Assembly (NCBI GenBank): GCA_964362305.1
Contig: CAYIDY010000001.1
Coordinates: 1,526-65,525, forward strand
Reading direction: 5' to 3'
DNA: 64,000 nt
Source of the DNA: an uncultured Candidatus Saccharibacteria bacterium
Lineage (GTDB): Bacteria; Patescibacteriota; Minisyncoccia; Phycocordibacterales; UBA2100
This document shows, piece by piece, positions 1-9,535 of the stretch. The translations under genes and the position numbers were made by a program. The notes beneath the pieces were generated by a model. The model did not search any database. It was not told the DNA's origin and was given only the letters and a program-made list of their open reading frames with translations. The number at the start of each line of letters is the position of its first letter. Positions within the stretch are counted from its first letter, which is position 1.

Positions 1-624
1 GCGGTACTGTCTCGCTATAAACAGAAAGAGAAGAACAATTCCGACACCTGCTTCCCAGAAATATGCGGCAACGAGTGGGTCTACTTCTCGAGAAAGGAGG
101 CTCAAGAAGTAAAAAGAGTGGGCTACGATTACTCCAGCAAGAAGTGCGAGACCGACGCCGCGCATCACGAGGCGCGGGTCAAGATGGTCATGATCGACTC
201 GGGCGAGGATGAGCGAAATGCCAGAAAACATGATGAGGGCGAGAAGAAGCAACTGTGACGGTGACAACAATTCAGAAAAAAACAATGCGCCGAGTGCAAC
301 TGCGGTAACGGTGTGTGCGACCTGTCTGAGCGCCGTGCCGAAACCTATCGGCAAGTAATGCGCCGAGGAAAACGAGCACCACAATCCAAGCGCGCCAATG
401 GTGGAAGCGAGAAAAAGCGTGCCGAGATGTTCGCTAATGCGCAAGATGTCTGCGGCAGGTACCAAAAACAAGATAGGAAGCATCGTAACGCTCAGCGAGA
501 TGTTTCGATAGACGCCGACAGTCAAAGCGTCGTACTTCCTAATATATTTTGCCTGCAATGCCCCCTGCAGTCCGTATGCCAACACCATGAGTGCGGAGAG
601 TGCAAAGAAGGTAAAAGAAAGCAT
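1..624 (-). CDS. partial polytopic membrane protein (runs off window edge)
   Basis: Manual minus-strand translation gives an uninterrupted hydrophobic ORF from ATG at 622-624 to position 1 (MLSFTFFALSALMVLAYGLQG...ILARVDHDHLDPRLVMRGVGLALLAGVIVAHSFYFLS...). It is absent from the ORF track only because it is truncated. The overlapping plus ORF 313..687 is Arg/Lys-rich and looks like antisense noise. Confidence 0.45.
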   Translation of the reverse strand, partial: MLSFTFFALSALMVLAYGLQGALQAKYIRKYDALTVGVYRNISLSVTMLPILFLVPAADILRISEHLGTLFLASTIGALGLWCSFSSAHYLPIGFGTALRQVAHTVTAVALGALFFSELLSPSQLLLLALIMFSGISLILARVDHDHLDPRLVMRGVGLALLAGVIVAHSFYFLSLLSREVDPLVAAYFWEAGVGIVLLFLFIARQYR

Positions 625-676
625 CGCATATTAAAGCATGTTCACAGCACCCACGAATTCGTGACAGCTGTGGAAT

Positions 677-1144
677 ATGCGCTATAGTTACGCAATGCTT
701 GTAACTCAAATCAAATCTGACATGGTCACCGCAATGAAAGCGAAAGACCAGTTGCGCGTGCAATGTTTGCGTATGGCGATGGCCGCGTTTACGAATGAAC
801 TTGTTGCAAAAGGCATGAAGCCAACCGAGGTTTTGGACGACACTGCAACACTCGCGGTCTTAAAGCGACTAGCGAAACAGCGAAAAGAGGCCGCCGAACA
901 GTTTGAGAAAGGTGACCGTGCCGATATGGCCGCGAATGAGCGCGCCGAGCTCGCAATTATCGAGAGCTATCTTCCAAAAATGGTAGGTCGAGACGAAATC
1001 GAAAAAATTGCACGTGCCAAGAAGGAAGAACTTGGTGTAACTGATGCAGCGGGCATCGGCAAACTAACAGGGGCTGTCATGAAAGAGCTCGCTGGCTCGG
1101 CCGACGGAAACGACGTCAAAGAGGTGGTTGCCAGTCTGTTCTAG
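677..1144 (+). CDS. yqeY: GatB/YqeY domain protein
   Basis: 155 aa with full-length YqeY-like composition (MLVTQIKSDMVTAMKAKD..., ERAELAIIESYLP, IGKLTGAVMKEL). The true start may be ATG 695. Confidence 0.8.
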   Translation: MRYSYAMLVTQIKSDMVTAMKAKDQLRVQCLRMAMAAFTNELVAKGMKPTEVLDDTATLAVLKRLAKQRKEAAEQFEKGDRADMAANERAELAIIESYLPKMVGRDEIEKIARAKKEELGVTDAAGIGKLTGAVMKELAGSADGNDVKEVVASLF

Positions 1145-1146
1145 CG

Positions 1147-2367
1147 CTACTCAGTTCGCGCAAAGTACTGTGCACCGGCAGCCAGACTTGCGATGATAAT
1201 CAGGGTGACGGTGAGCGCTGCAAGCGGTGTTGTAAAGAACAAGAGCAAAACGACCAAAACACACGCAAAGACTCTTCCAAGACTTGCACCCATTTCCTTG
1301 AGAGCGGTAAATTCGTCAATGTAATGTGCGCTGTCGGCTGCTTGCTCCATGGCAACCGGGTCAATTCCTATGCGACGCGCCGGAACTCCAATGTGATGCA
1401 GGACGTCGCCCAGGACAATCGTAATTGGGGAAAATACGGCGAGTCGCATGACCCATGAAGTGCCTACCAACGCGGATAGAAAACGCGGATTATTGTGAAG
1501 CTCGTTGCGGCGAAGCATCGCTTGCAGACCGCGGCGCAGCAAAAGCACCAAGAGAAGTGTTATCGAAAGAATTAGTCCGAGCGTAAAGTAGGAGCCAAAT
1601 GCAAGAAAGATAGTGAGTGGCCACAATAATAACAATGACGCGCCCTGCACACCTTCGCGCACTGATGTATGAAATGTTTCTCGGTGATGCGCACTAAAAA
1701 GAAAATGTATCGTCTCTGCATAACCCCACGAGAATCGTTCATACGAATCAGGAGCGCGTATAAGCGTTAACGCAGCAACAAATGCCGCAACGGACGACAG
1801 AATCAACATGAGCCAAACACCACCTTCGCGGCTTTCTATAAGAAGCGCAGAAACAGCAGGCATGAGTGCAAGCAGGACCTCGAGGAGAAAACGCACGCGA
1901 GGTGACCAGTTGCCGCGGCTCGCATATCCGACAGCGCTATACGGGACCCAGTAAAATGCTCGGTATAGCCCAATCAAAACTACGAACCCGCCGACGCCCC
2001 ACCATAGATTCAGTGCGCTTCCTGCGAAGATTCCTTGTGAAGCTGCAGCAAGCCACAAAAATGCAGCGGAAAGTGCGAGCGTCGCGCACAACATGGGGCG
2101 CATCGTGCCATGCGGCATATTACCGCTCGAAAGTGGCGTCAAAAAGAAAACAAGGAGTTGAAGAAAGGCATATGCAGCAAGCGTTAAAAAGAGTGCGCCT
2201 GCGAGCGTCTCTCCACTGCCGTAAAACGCATGCAAAATCAGCGTCCACGCGAATATGCCACCTATCGCGAGACTCGCGCGCAGAAAGAAGCGGTGTATAG
2301 AGAGCGTTTGCATACGAACTTCTATTTGAATAATCATACTCTTTAAAGATTGTAAAAGTGACCGCAA
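1147..2367 (-). CDS. polytopic membrane protein, unknown family
   Basis: 406 aa with about 10 hydrophobic segments and no recognisable catalytic motif. Confidence 0.6.
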   Translation of the reverse strand: MRSLLQSLKSMIIQIEVRMQTLSIHRFFLRASLAIGGIFAWTLILHAFYGSGETLAGALFLTLAAYAFLQLLVFFLTPLSSGNMPHGTMRPMLCATLALSAAFLWLAAASQGIFAGSALNLWWGVGGFVVLIGLYRAFYWVPYSAVGYASRGNWSPRVRFLLEVLLALMPAVSALLIESREGGVWLMLILSSVAAFVAALTLIRAPDSYERFSWGYAETIHFLFSAHHRETFHTSVREGVQGASLLLLWPLTIFLAFGSYFTLGLILSITLLLVLLLRRGLQAMLRRNELHNNPRFLSALVGTSWVMRLAVFSPITIVLGDVLHHIGVPARRIGIDPVAMEQAADSAHYIDEFTALKEMGASLGRVFACVLVVLLLFFTTPLAALTVTLIIIASLAAGAQYFARTE

Positions 2368-2390
2368 TCTAAAACTAATGTTGATAAGTA

Positions 2391-2432
2391 CAAACGGAAA
2401 ACCCCCGGCGTAAAGCCGGGGGTTTTGGTGTT
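2391..2432 (-). terminator. rho-independent terminator of the RRM protein gene
   Basis: CCCCCGGC-GTAAA-GCCGGGGG stem at 2402-2422, flanked by an A-run and a T-run. On the minus strand the stem is followed by TTTTCCGTTT. Confidence 0.7.
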
Positions 2433-2448
2433 CTGAAAGAAACTGATA

Positions 2449-2829
2449 TTACCAGCGACCTCCACCGCCACCATTTCCTCCTCCACGATTGCCACCTCCG
2501 TAGCCACCGCCACCTCCTCCTCCGCGGAAATCGCGGCGAGGGCGGTCCTCCATCGGACGTGCCTCGTTGACAGTGATCGAACGACCACCGAAATCCTTGC
2601 CATTGAACTGGTCAATAGCCTTCTGTGCATCCTCGTCGGCTGCAAATTCAACGAAACCGAAACCTTTCGAACGACCTGTCATCTTATCCATGATGACCAC
2701 TGCCGATGAAACAGCTCCTGCTGCTGAGAAAGCATCCTTGAGTTCTGCGTCTGTGGTGCTGTAAGGCAACCCACCGACATATAGCTTTTTAGCCATGATA
2801 CTCTGTGCGTTTTCTTCTTGATAAACCAT
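2449..2829 (-). CDS. RRM-type RNA-binding protein with Gly-rich C-terminal tail
   Basis: RNP-2 KLYVGGL and RNP-1 KGFGFVEF motifs, with a C-terminal GGGGGGYGGGNRGGGNGGGGG tail. Confidence 0.9.
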   Translation of the reverse strand: MVYQEENAQSIMAKKLYVGGLPYSTTDAELKDAFSAAGAVSSAVVIMDKMTGRSKGFGFVEFAADEDAQKAIDQFNGKDFGGRSITVNEARPMEDRPRRDFRGGGGGGGYGGGNRGGGNGGGGGRW

Positions 2830-3099
2830 ATTGCGTCTTCGCTCGGACGAAATGAAAACAAGTTTTCGTTTCGGTCCTCACTAGCCGCAATAAACCATGT
2901 AAATCGCCTCTCCACTTCCCTGGCTTGGCTTATCACCGCACTTGGGCTTGGACACTTACATTCACGGCAACTGTAGCAGGTTGCCGGATGAAATCAATGG
3001 GAGAACTAGTATGTGTGGATTACTGGTGTGGCACCGCCGGTGCTTACGCACAGGCGGTGCCACATTACAAAGTATCGGCGGTGGCCGATTCCTAATCCA

Positions 3100-3170
3100 G
3101 CAAAAAAGCCTGGTTCAGCCCACTGACAGTGAGTTAAATACGCCTTGTCGGTGGGCTGACTTTTTTACCA
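3100..3170. terminator. bidirectional terminator-like hairpin
   Basis: CAGCCCAC (3116-3123) pairs with GTGGGCTG (3151-3158), bounded by an A6 run upstream and a T6 run downstream. It sits immediately 3' of the stop of minus gene 3165..3554. Confidence 0.55.
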
Positions 3171-3554
3171 CATTCCAAAGCCCTTCCCTGTCAGATATGC
3201 GCCCATGATAATCGACAGAAGTCCGCCGCTCGTAAACCATGTGGGCGTGCTAAACATTTTCACAAATTTAACCAGTCGCGTGTACGGCATCGTGAGATAG
3301 AAGATAGCCTCCACCATTATCCAGATGCCAATGAGTGTGATGAGGCCTTGCCACGTAGCGGTAAAGATAGGATGCGAAATAACTAAAGCAATACCAGCGA
3401 ACAACTGACAGAGAGCCACTACCATGAGAAATCCTCGACTCCCAAGCATGTCGGTCATTATGTGCATGAACGACTTCTGACGAAACATCACAATGACGCC
3501 AGCAATAAGAAAGTACAAACCGAACAATTGTGCTAAGAAAATCGACAATTCCAT
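3165..3554 (-). CDS. small 4-TM membrane protein, unknown function
   Basis: 129 aa with four hydrophobic helices. Confidence 0.55.
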   Translation of the reverse strand: MELSIFLAQLFGLYFLIAGVIVMFRQKSFMHIMTDMLGSRGFLMVVALCQLFAGIALVISHPIFTATWQGLITLIGIWIMVEAIFYLTMPYTRLVKFVKMFSTPTWFTSGGLLSIIMGAYLTGKGFGMW

Positions 3555-3637
3555 AATATAAGTTTCCCTACAATAATGAAGCTATTGTACCGTGCCGTGC
3601 AGAATATCTAGCAGTCTTCCTATTGTTTCGTGGATAA

Positions 3638-4417
3638 CTAACGGAGGACGCATTCGGCGGTAATCGCACGATGATCTGTTATGTATGGATACATGCGCAC
3701 GTCATGTGTATCGAGGCCGCGAACCAGAAACCAGTCGAGCTTGAGACTAAACAATTCCCAGTCGAATGGATAGACGCGCCAGGTGGCTTGCGAAATATCT
3801 GTCACTTCGCGAAAACCTCTCCTTTCGGCAACTTTGACTATTGCATAGCGTTCGTCGTGGTCAAACGTTTTACCTCCAACATTCATTTTCTGTTCAGGCT
3901 GAAGATGAAAAAGTTGAACCAACTTTCTTCGTAGTCCTTTGCGAGGGATCGTGGTGTTCAAATCCCCGCACACAATGACGGGTCCTTTGTGTGATTCGGC
4001 ATGGTCGCAAATGAAGTCCAATTGCTGTTCTCGAGATGAAGGGCCAGCACCCACGATGCCGAAATGACAGTTGTATACACGCACTACGGTACCGGCAACA
4101 GCGATGTCGGCCCACAAAGCGTTTTCGAGCCAGGTATTAACCAGTTTTGGAAAGACAACATCGCCATGTGCAAGTACCGGAAATCTACTCAAAATAACAT
4201 TCTGATTGTATCCGCGTGAGGGAAACACCTGCTCAAATCCCCAGAGTGCGCGAATTTTGTGCAGCCGGTCACGCGCCTCTTGAGCTTCCTGTAGACAAAG
4301 AATGTCCGTACGAAGACTCTCGAGAGCGGGAACAACCTTCGCAAAATTTGTTTTAGTTATGTGTCTTTTTCCGTGGATGTTCCACGTGAGGACTGAAAAC
4401 TGCATACATTTAGTCAA
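3638..4417 (-). CDS. endonuclease/exonuclease/phosphatase (EEP) family protein
   Basis: WNIHG, DILCLQE, CGDLN and TDH motifs typical of the EEP fold. Confidence 0.8.
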   Translation of the reverse strand: MTKCMQFSVLTWNIHGKRHITKTNFAKVVPALESLRTDILCLQEAQEARDRLHKIRALWGFEQVFPSRGYNQNVILSRFPVLAHGDVVFPKLVNTWLENALWADIAVAGTVVRVYNCHFGIVGAGPSSREQQLDFICDHAESHKGPVIVCGDLNTTIPRKGLRRKLVQLFHLQPEQKMNVGGKTFDHDERYAIVKVAERRGFREVTDISQATWRVYPFDWELFSLKLDWFLVRGLDTHDVRMYPYITDHRAITAECVLR

Positions 4418-4929
4418 GTATATCCGAGAAGTGACAAGAGGATGAGTGTTGTCCCCACCCCAAGGGCATAGCCCGCGAGAATATCCGATAAGAAGTGTAT
4501 ACCTGCGAGGACACGCGCGATGCAGAGTACCGCTGTAGCAACGAAAATCGAAAGCGCAAATGGTGTATCCAGAAGAATGAGAGCGGTCGCAATAGCGCTA
4601 AAGAAGGCCGCGTGCCCGGAGGGAAAAGAGGGATTAGCACTTACAAACAATGGTTCGATATTGTCGCTCTTAGACGGGCGGGGGCGTTTGTAAACATAAT
4701 AGATTGCCTCGACCAGAATGCGTGACAGCGTCGCCGCCGCGAATGCTGCGAATACTGACGTGATAAACTCAGTTTTCGGCACGCCGATATAGAGAGACAA
4801 AACTCCAAACGCAACGAGTGCATACGCCAACGTGGAAGCAAGCGCGTATGTGATGGCACGGGTCAGACTCGATGATAATGCGAGCTGATTGAGTCGTGTA
4901 TGCAATGTCGCGAACATAGATATCATCAC
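4414..4929 (-). CDS. PAP2 family membrane phosphatase
   Basis: KxxxxxxRP (YKRPRP), PSGH and SRxxxxxHxxxD (ARVLAGIHFLSD) motifs. It overlaps the upstream gene by 4 nt. Confidence 0.75.
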   Translation of the reverse strand: MMISMFATLHTRLNQLALSSSLTRAITYALASTLAYALVAFGVLSLYIGVPKTEFITSVFAAFAAATLSRILVEAIYYVYKRPRPSKSDNIEPLFVSANPSFPSGHAAFFSAIATALILLDTPFALSIFVATAVLCIARVLAGIHFLSDILAGYALGVGTTLILLSLLGYT

Positions 4930-5156
4930 TTCAAGCGCCAGTATATGCCGAAGTCACGACAATGTATGTAGATGAGATGATTTTGGCGCGCTCTTACAGG
5001 CTATTGTCTGTGGACAGTTTAATAAGTGAGAAGGAAGGTGGTATTCAGCACTGAATTGAGGTGCTCTTACAGATGGATTAACGGCCCATCGGCGGTATTA
5101 CGCCGCCTTTAAACCTGCCTTGCAACCGGCCTATCGAGAAAGTCAGATGCTCCGCA

Positions 5157-8100
5157 TCAACCGGCTAAGAAGCATGCGCCACCTGGGTTGTAATTACACG
5201 TCACGATGAAAGATGCTGGGTCCGAGCATCGAGAGATCTGTGTTCCTTCCTTTCGGCATACTATAACCGTATGCGTTGCACCATTGTCGGGAAATAGTAA
5301 TTGCCATCCGAGCCAACCAGACTTGAAGCTCGATATCCCCGGAGGCAAAATCTCCGCATTCGTCGTGGAGCCATCATAACGCACGACATGTTCATACCCT
5401 GCGCCATCTGAATCGAGGAATTCGAGCGAAGGCGTATTGGTGGGTACGGAGCCCTGACCTTTGATAAGAATTTTGTGTCCACTGATTCCAACGACTGCAT
5501 CGCTCCAATTTGGAACGCCGCTACAATAAAGAGCAAATTCAGACGGCGCCGTAAAGCTCGTTGTCCACGAACCCGTTCCACTCACCGGATTCTGCGGGTA
5601 TACGCTCTGAAATACATTAGGCAGCGCTGTCCAGAGCCGAGTGCGCACCGCGCACGACTTCCCACGCGTATCCCAGGTTGCCGTCGCGCTGCCTCCGGAG
5701 GTGATTACTTTCGGTGATGAAGTGATTATTGCGTGGCTCGCGAGCGGCCCGGCAGGTTTGACGTCAACATAGACTGCCTCCCTGATGCTTCCAGAATTGT
5801 TTGCAAGGCAGTTGAGCTCGTATCTCGTATCAGCTCCCGGCTTATGTGTGTGACTTCCCTGGAGCGGCAGGTTATTTGCTACTAGCATTGTGTCAGTTCC
5901 GCCGCCTGCCCAGAGTTTGCATGATGTCATACCACTCTGTGTTGCATTCCAAGACAGAGTTACTGATTCCACCAATACGGGATAAGCGGCAGTAATCGAC
6001 GATGGCGAAACCGTAAGTTTGAGTTGTGGCGTCGGTGGGTATGTACCGGCTACCGGCGAGACGGTGACAGTCGCCGTTCCTACTGTTTGTAAGACCGTCG
6101 AACAATTAGTGCCCGCGGCGCACGTCGGAGCGAATAGAAGTACTGCATTGTAAGTACCGGCTGAAGAATACGTGTGCGAGCCTGACCAGTCTGTGCCGCA
6201 GCGCCCTACTCCCGAGACGTCCTGGTTGCAGATGAGCGCTTCTTGTCCGTTGCCATATTGCAGATAGTATTTGCCACTCGTTCCGACATTGATTGCCTTT
6301 AGATTGACGAGAAGAGGCGCCTGGCCTTGCGTAGGTGTGGCTTCAAGCCGGGTCATTGCGCCTCCAACGGTAACGGTGCGCGTTTCCGTCGCATACCCGC
6401 CACTGTTCATCTGGCAGCTTGCCACATATGTCGTAGTGACCTGCGGTGCATGGGTGGTCGTGACGATGTTCCCGCCTGCATCAATCGTGAGCGTGGAGAG
6501 TGGCACACCATTTGCGGTAAACGAACATGACGGAATGTGGACATCATTCTTCGTCGTGTCCTTGGACACGCGAAGTGTCACTGTCTGACCGGCAGTGACC
6601 GATGACGGAAGCGCGGTGAAGTTGAATGACGTGTATGGATCCACTCCTCCCGTGACACCCACTGTCGCCGAAGCGGTGAACGCTGTCGATCCAAACGGAC
6701 CAGATCCGGTGCATTGAATGCCATACGTGGTGAAGGATGTAGGAGTATGCGTCATCGTTCCTGGCATTTCTTTGCTACTCGCTATGGTCGTGCCGTTTGC
6801 GGTGATCGAGCATAGGCCAATAGACCAGTTGGCAGTCCAATTGGAAACATTACTTCGTGCCCAAGAGAGCGTGACCATCTGACCTGATGCGACAGAAGAC
6901 GGCGTCGCGGTGAGTTGAATCGTTGGCAGGTTGCCCACAGTCGGCGTCACCGTGACATATCTGGTACCGGTGTACGAGATCAATAAGCCCTCGCCGCATA
7001 CAATCTTGTAGTTTGTCGAACCTGAAGGAGAGTGTGTATACGAGGTTTGAGTGGTGAATGTTCCTCCAATCTGAACTTCATTTGCGTAGAGCTTGCATGA
7101 GGCGGTGCCTGCGGTGAATCGTGGTACAACCCACGAGAGCGTGACCGATTGGCCAGCGGTGATGGATGAAGGTGATGCGGTGAGAGTAATTGTTCCGCCA
7201 CCACTTCCACCCGGACATCCTGCGAATTCACAGCTTGGCGCTACTCTTCCTACATAGCTACCGTTAGGACACTGCTTCGCGTCTTGTGGGCATACGATAC
7301 TCCCTGTCACCGGCCCCACCCCAACATATGTATACGCAGAAGCCGCTTTAGAGTCGACAAGACTTCGGCAGTCCATGCGATAGGTTGTGCTCACAGTCGG
7401 CGTGTGCGTGCGGGTTCCGGGCACTTCGAGCGACGTCGCAATCTGCGAATTGTTTGCATACAGTGTGCAGACGAGGCGTTGGAACGCCGAATTCGTTGAG
7501 CTCCACGAAAGTGTCACCGACTGCCCCGGTGTCACACTGGATGGCGTAGCGGAAAGCGTAAGATTGAAATCACCAGGCGGAAGTTCCGGTTGCGTCCTCA
7601 CATACACAATCTTCACATCCTCTTTTGAAGTGCCATTGCCGAATTTCGTGGTGGCGGTAACCGGAAACACACCAATAGAGGAATAACTGTGCCAGTAGGT
7701 GGTGGTGTTTGCATATTCTGATGCAGAGTTGTCTCCCCAATCCATTTTGTACGTCGCGGTAGTGTCACCTGACGGCGTCAATGTCCACGTGTTGACCTGG
7801 TTCACCACAACGTTGTCAGGACCATTTATTTTTGCCGCATCACTTGGACCCAGTGGCGGTGGAGTATTGCCGCCATTGACGCAGCGCGAGAAGAGGAGCG
7901 AACGAGTGCGCGGACCTACCATACCGTAGCCGGTGGTGTCAGGGCTGCCCGTGCAGCTGATGCCTTCTGCACACTGGAATGCCTTAACGGCTGTTTCAGT
8001 CGCAGCATCAAATGTTCCGTTCACTGCTCCGGTATAGCGTCCAATCTTTGTGAGCATGCGCTGGAGCTTGGATACCTCACCGTTGGTATCAGCATCCGTG

Positions 8101-8774
8101 TGACCGAGGTAGAGAGTACGGGAGAGAGGAGCGCATTGCACTGCTTCGTTGTTGGGGGTGACGGTGACGTATGCGGTAGCAGTCGCGGGGGCACCTTGCG
8201 CGAAAGGACGACAGGAAATCTGATACGTAGTGTTTACCGTGGGGTTGTGCGTGAAAGTGCTTGTCGTAGGTTGATTCTGTGCTATCGAAGTCCCATTGGC
8301 GGTGAGAGAGCATGTGTCGAATTGTGTTCCAGAAGCCCATCGAAGGGTGACGGTGCCACCGGATGCGACCGACGTGGGTGACGCGGTTAGGGTGACGCCA
8401 CCACTTCCCCCCACCTGACAGCGCATCGCAGCACGTGTGCGCGGACCAACAACACCGTAGCCAGTTTCCCTGGGAGTACCACTGCAGGCGATGCCTTTGG
8501 CACATTGATATTTCTTGAGCGCAGCCTCCGTTGCAGGCCCGAAGTATCCGGTGATGCTTCCGTACGTGTAGTCACCAGTCTCCGTCAAGAACTGTTGCAG
8601 CTTCGAGACTTCCCCATTTGTCGTCGCATCACTCGAACCCAATTGGAGCAAGCGCGTGAGGTTCACACACGCATTTGTCTGTGCTTCAGTTGAAATTGGC
8701 GCACTCACAAGAACAAACGCCGAAATAGTGATGCCGGTGATGATAATGGCGAAGCCACGAATCGCTGGTGACAT
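5157..8774 (-). CDS. large secreted repeat protein: 2 N-terminal peptidoglycan-binding domains plus about 7 Ig-like repeats
   Basis: Signal peptide MSPAIRGFAIIITGITISAFVLVSAPISTEA. Duplicated PG_binding_1-like segments (GEVSKLQQFLTETGDYTYGSITGYFGPATEAALKKYQ and GEVSKLQRMLTKIGRYTGAVNGTFDAATETAVKAFQ). Repeated LTASPSSxxxGQxVTLSW...C...ANG...TTYxxxC modules. Confidence 0.8.
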   Translation of the reverse strand: MSPAIRGFAIIITGITISAFVLVSAPISTEAQTNACVNLTRLLQLGSSDATTNGEVSKLQQFLTETGDYTYGSITGYFGPATEAALKKYQCAKGIACSGTPRETGYGVVGPRTRAAMRCQVGGSGGVTLTASPTSVASGGTVTLRWASGTQFDTCSLTANGTSIAQNQPTTSTFTHNPTVNTTYQISCRPFAQGAPATATAYVTVTPNNEAVQCAPLSRTLYLGHTDADTNGEVSKLQRMLTKIGRYTGAVNGTFDAATETAVKAFQCAEGISCTGSPDTTGYGMVGPRTRSLLFSRCVNGGNTPPPLGPSDAAKINGPDNVVVNQVNTWTLTPSGDTTATYKMDWGDNSASEYANTTTYWHSYSSIGVFPVTATTKFGNGTSKEDVKIVYVRTQPELPPGDFNLTLSATPSSVTPGQSVTLSWSSTNSAFQRLVCTLYANNSQIATSLEVPGTRTHTPTVSTTYRMDCRSLVDSKAASAYTYVGVGPVTGSIVCPQDAKQCPNGSYVGRVAPSCEFAGCPGGSGGGTITLTASPSSITAGQSVTLSWVVPRFTAGTASCKLYANEVQIGGTFTTQTSYTHSPSGSTNYKIVCGEGLLISYTGTRYVTVTPTVGNLPTIQLTATPSSVASGQMVTLSWARSNVSNWTANWSIGLCSITANGTTIASSKEMPGTMTHTPTSFTTYGIQCTGSGPFGSTAFTASATVGVTGGVDPYTSFNFTALPSSVTAGQTVTLRVSKDTTKNDVHIPSCSFTANGVPLSTLTIDAGGNIVTTTHAPQVTTTYVASCQMNSGGYATETRTVTVGGAMTRLEATPTQGQAPLLVNLKAINVGTSGKYYLQYGNGQEALICNQDVSGVGRCGTDWSGSHTYSSAGTYNAVLLFAPTCAAGTNCSTVLQTVGTATVTVSPVAGTYPPTPQLKLTVSPSSITAAYPVLVESVTLSWNATQSGMTSCKLWAGGGTDTMLVANNLPLQGSHTHKPGADTRYELNCLANNSGSIREAVYVDVKPAGPLASHAIITSSPKVITSGGSATATWDTRGKSCAVRTRLWTALPNVFQSVYPQNPVSGTGSWTTSFTAPSEFALYCSGVPNWSDAVVGISGHKILIKGQGSVPTNTPSLEFLDSDGAGYEHVVRYDGSTTNAEILPPGISSFKSGWLGWQLLFPDNGATHTVIVCRKEGTQISRCSDPASFIVTCNYNPGGACFLAG

Positions 8775-8867
8775 ATGGGAGAGTATTAATGCTATGAATG
8801 GATGGTATCACTGGCAAAAACGCGGTGGGGGTGTTGTCCACATGGTCTTGGCCGTATATCCTGAGTC

Positions 8868-9293
8868 ATGACCAAATACGTACTCGGATTCATTTTTGAC
8901 GCCTCGGCAGAGAGAGTGCTTCTCATTGAAAAGCAACGCCCCGCATGGCAGGCGGGAAAACTCAATGGAATTGGCGGGAAGATTGAACCCCGCGAAAAGC
9001 CGGTAGCGGCGATGCTACGCGAGGCGTATGAAGAGTGTCATCTCTTAAGCAAGGTAAGCGACTGGCTTCCCGCTGCGACTTTACGTCACGCCGAATGGCA
9101 TATTGAAGTATTTACGACCGTGCACACACAGAATCCGCACTTGCTGCGGACCAAAACGGATGAATTCGTGTCGTGGGTCGACATCAAGAAGCTTCCTCCA
9201 AATATTCTACCGAATCTTTCGTGGCTGATTCCCCTTTCGAAAGACATTTTGCAGAATCGAGAGGTTAAGAAAGTTGTGGTGGGGTATAGGTAG
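8868..9293 (+). CDS. NUDIX hydrolase
   Basis: Nudix box GGKIEPREKPVAAMLREAYEECHL. Confidence 0.75.
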   Translation: MTKYVLGFIFDASAERVLLIEKQRPAWQAGKLNGIGGKIEPREKPVAAMLREAYEECHLLSKVSDWLPAATLRHAEWHIEVFTTVHTQNPHLLRTKTDEFVSWVDIKKLPPNILPNLSWLIPLSKDILQNREVKKVVVGYR

Positions 9294-9496
9294 TGTGTTG
9301 TGGTCACAGATAACTTTTGTCCCGTCGGACGAAAATTTCCGCGACCCCACCTCGCGGTTTTGCGTACTCGCAAAACATCGCTCCGGCTTACACGTGTGGC
9401 CCGCAGATATTTTTTTGCGCCGTCGCGGAAAAATTCCGCAGGCCCCGGCGCACGGTCGTGCCAGCTGGCACGACATCGTTTGCGCCCTCCACATAG

Positions 9497-9530
9497 CGAA
9501 AAAACCTGCCGCAGGGCAGGTTTGTTTCGT
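9497..9530 (-). terminator. terminator 3' of tRNA-Ala
   Basis: AACCTGCC-GCAG-GGCAGGTT stem at 9503-9522 between an A-run and a T-run, read on the minus strand directly after the tRNA 3' end. Confidence 0.6.
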
Positions 9531-9535
9531 CTATG

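Noticed and set aside
313-687. Track ORF of 124 aa on the plus strand
   Set aside because: It is Arg/Lys-rich and low-complexity, and it lies fully antisense to a long, hydrophobic minus-strand ORF that runs off the window edge. The minus-strand membrane protein is the more plausible gene.
2830-3164. Considered tmRNA, RNase P RNA, 6S or SRP RNA in the long region upstream of the RRM gene
   Set aside because: No tRNA-like 3' end (GGTTCGA..TCC..CCA), no GGAAAGTCCGG / ACAGAAACCCGGCTTA RNase P blocks, and no SRP domain IV motif were found by eye. It is better explained as a structured leader.
5090-5115. GGCGG-TATTACG-CCGCC hairpin downstream of the giant gene stop
   Set aside because: Only a 5-bp stem and no convincing U-tract on the relevant strand. 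It is too weak to call a terminator.
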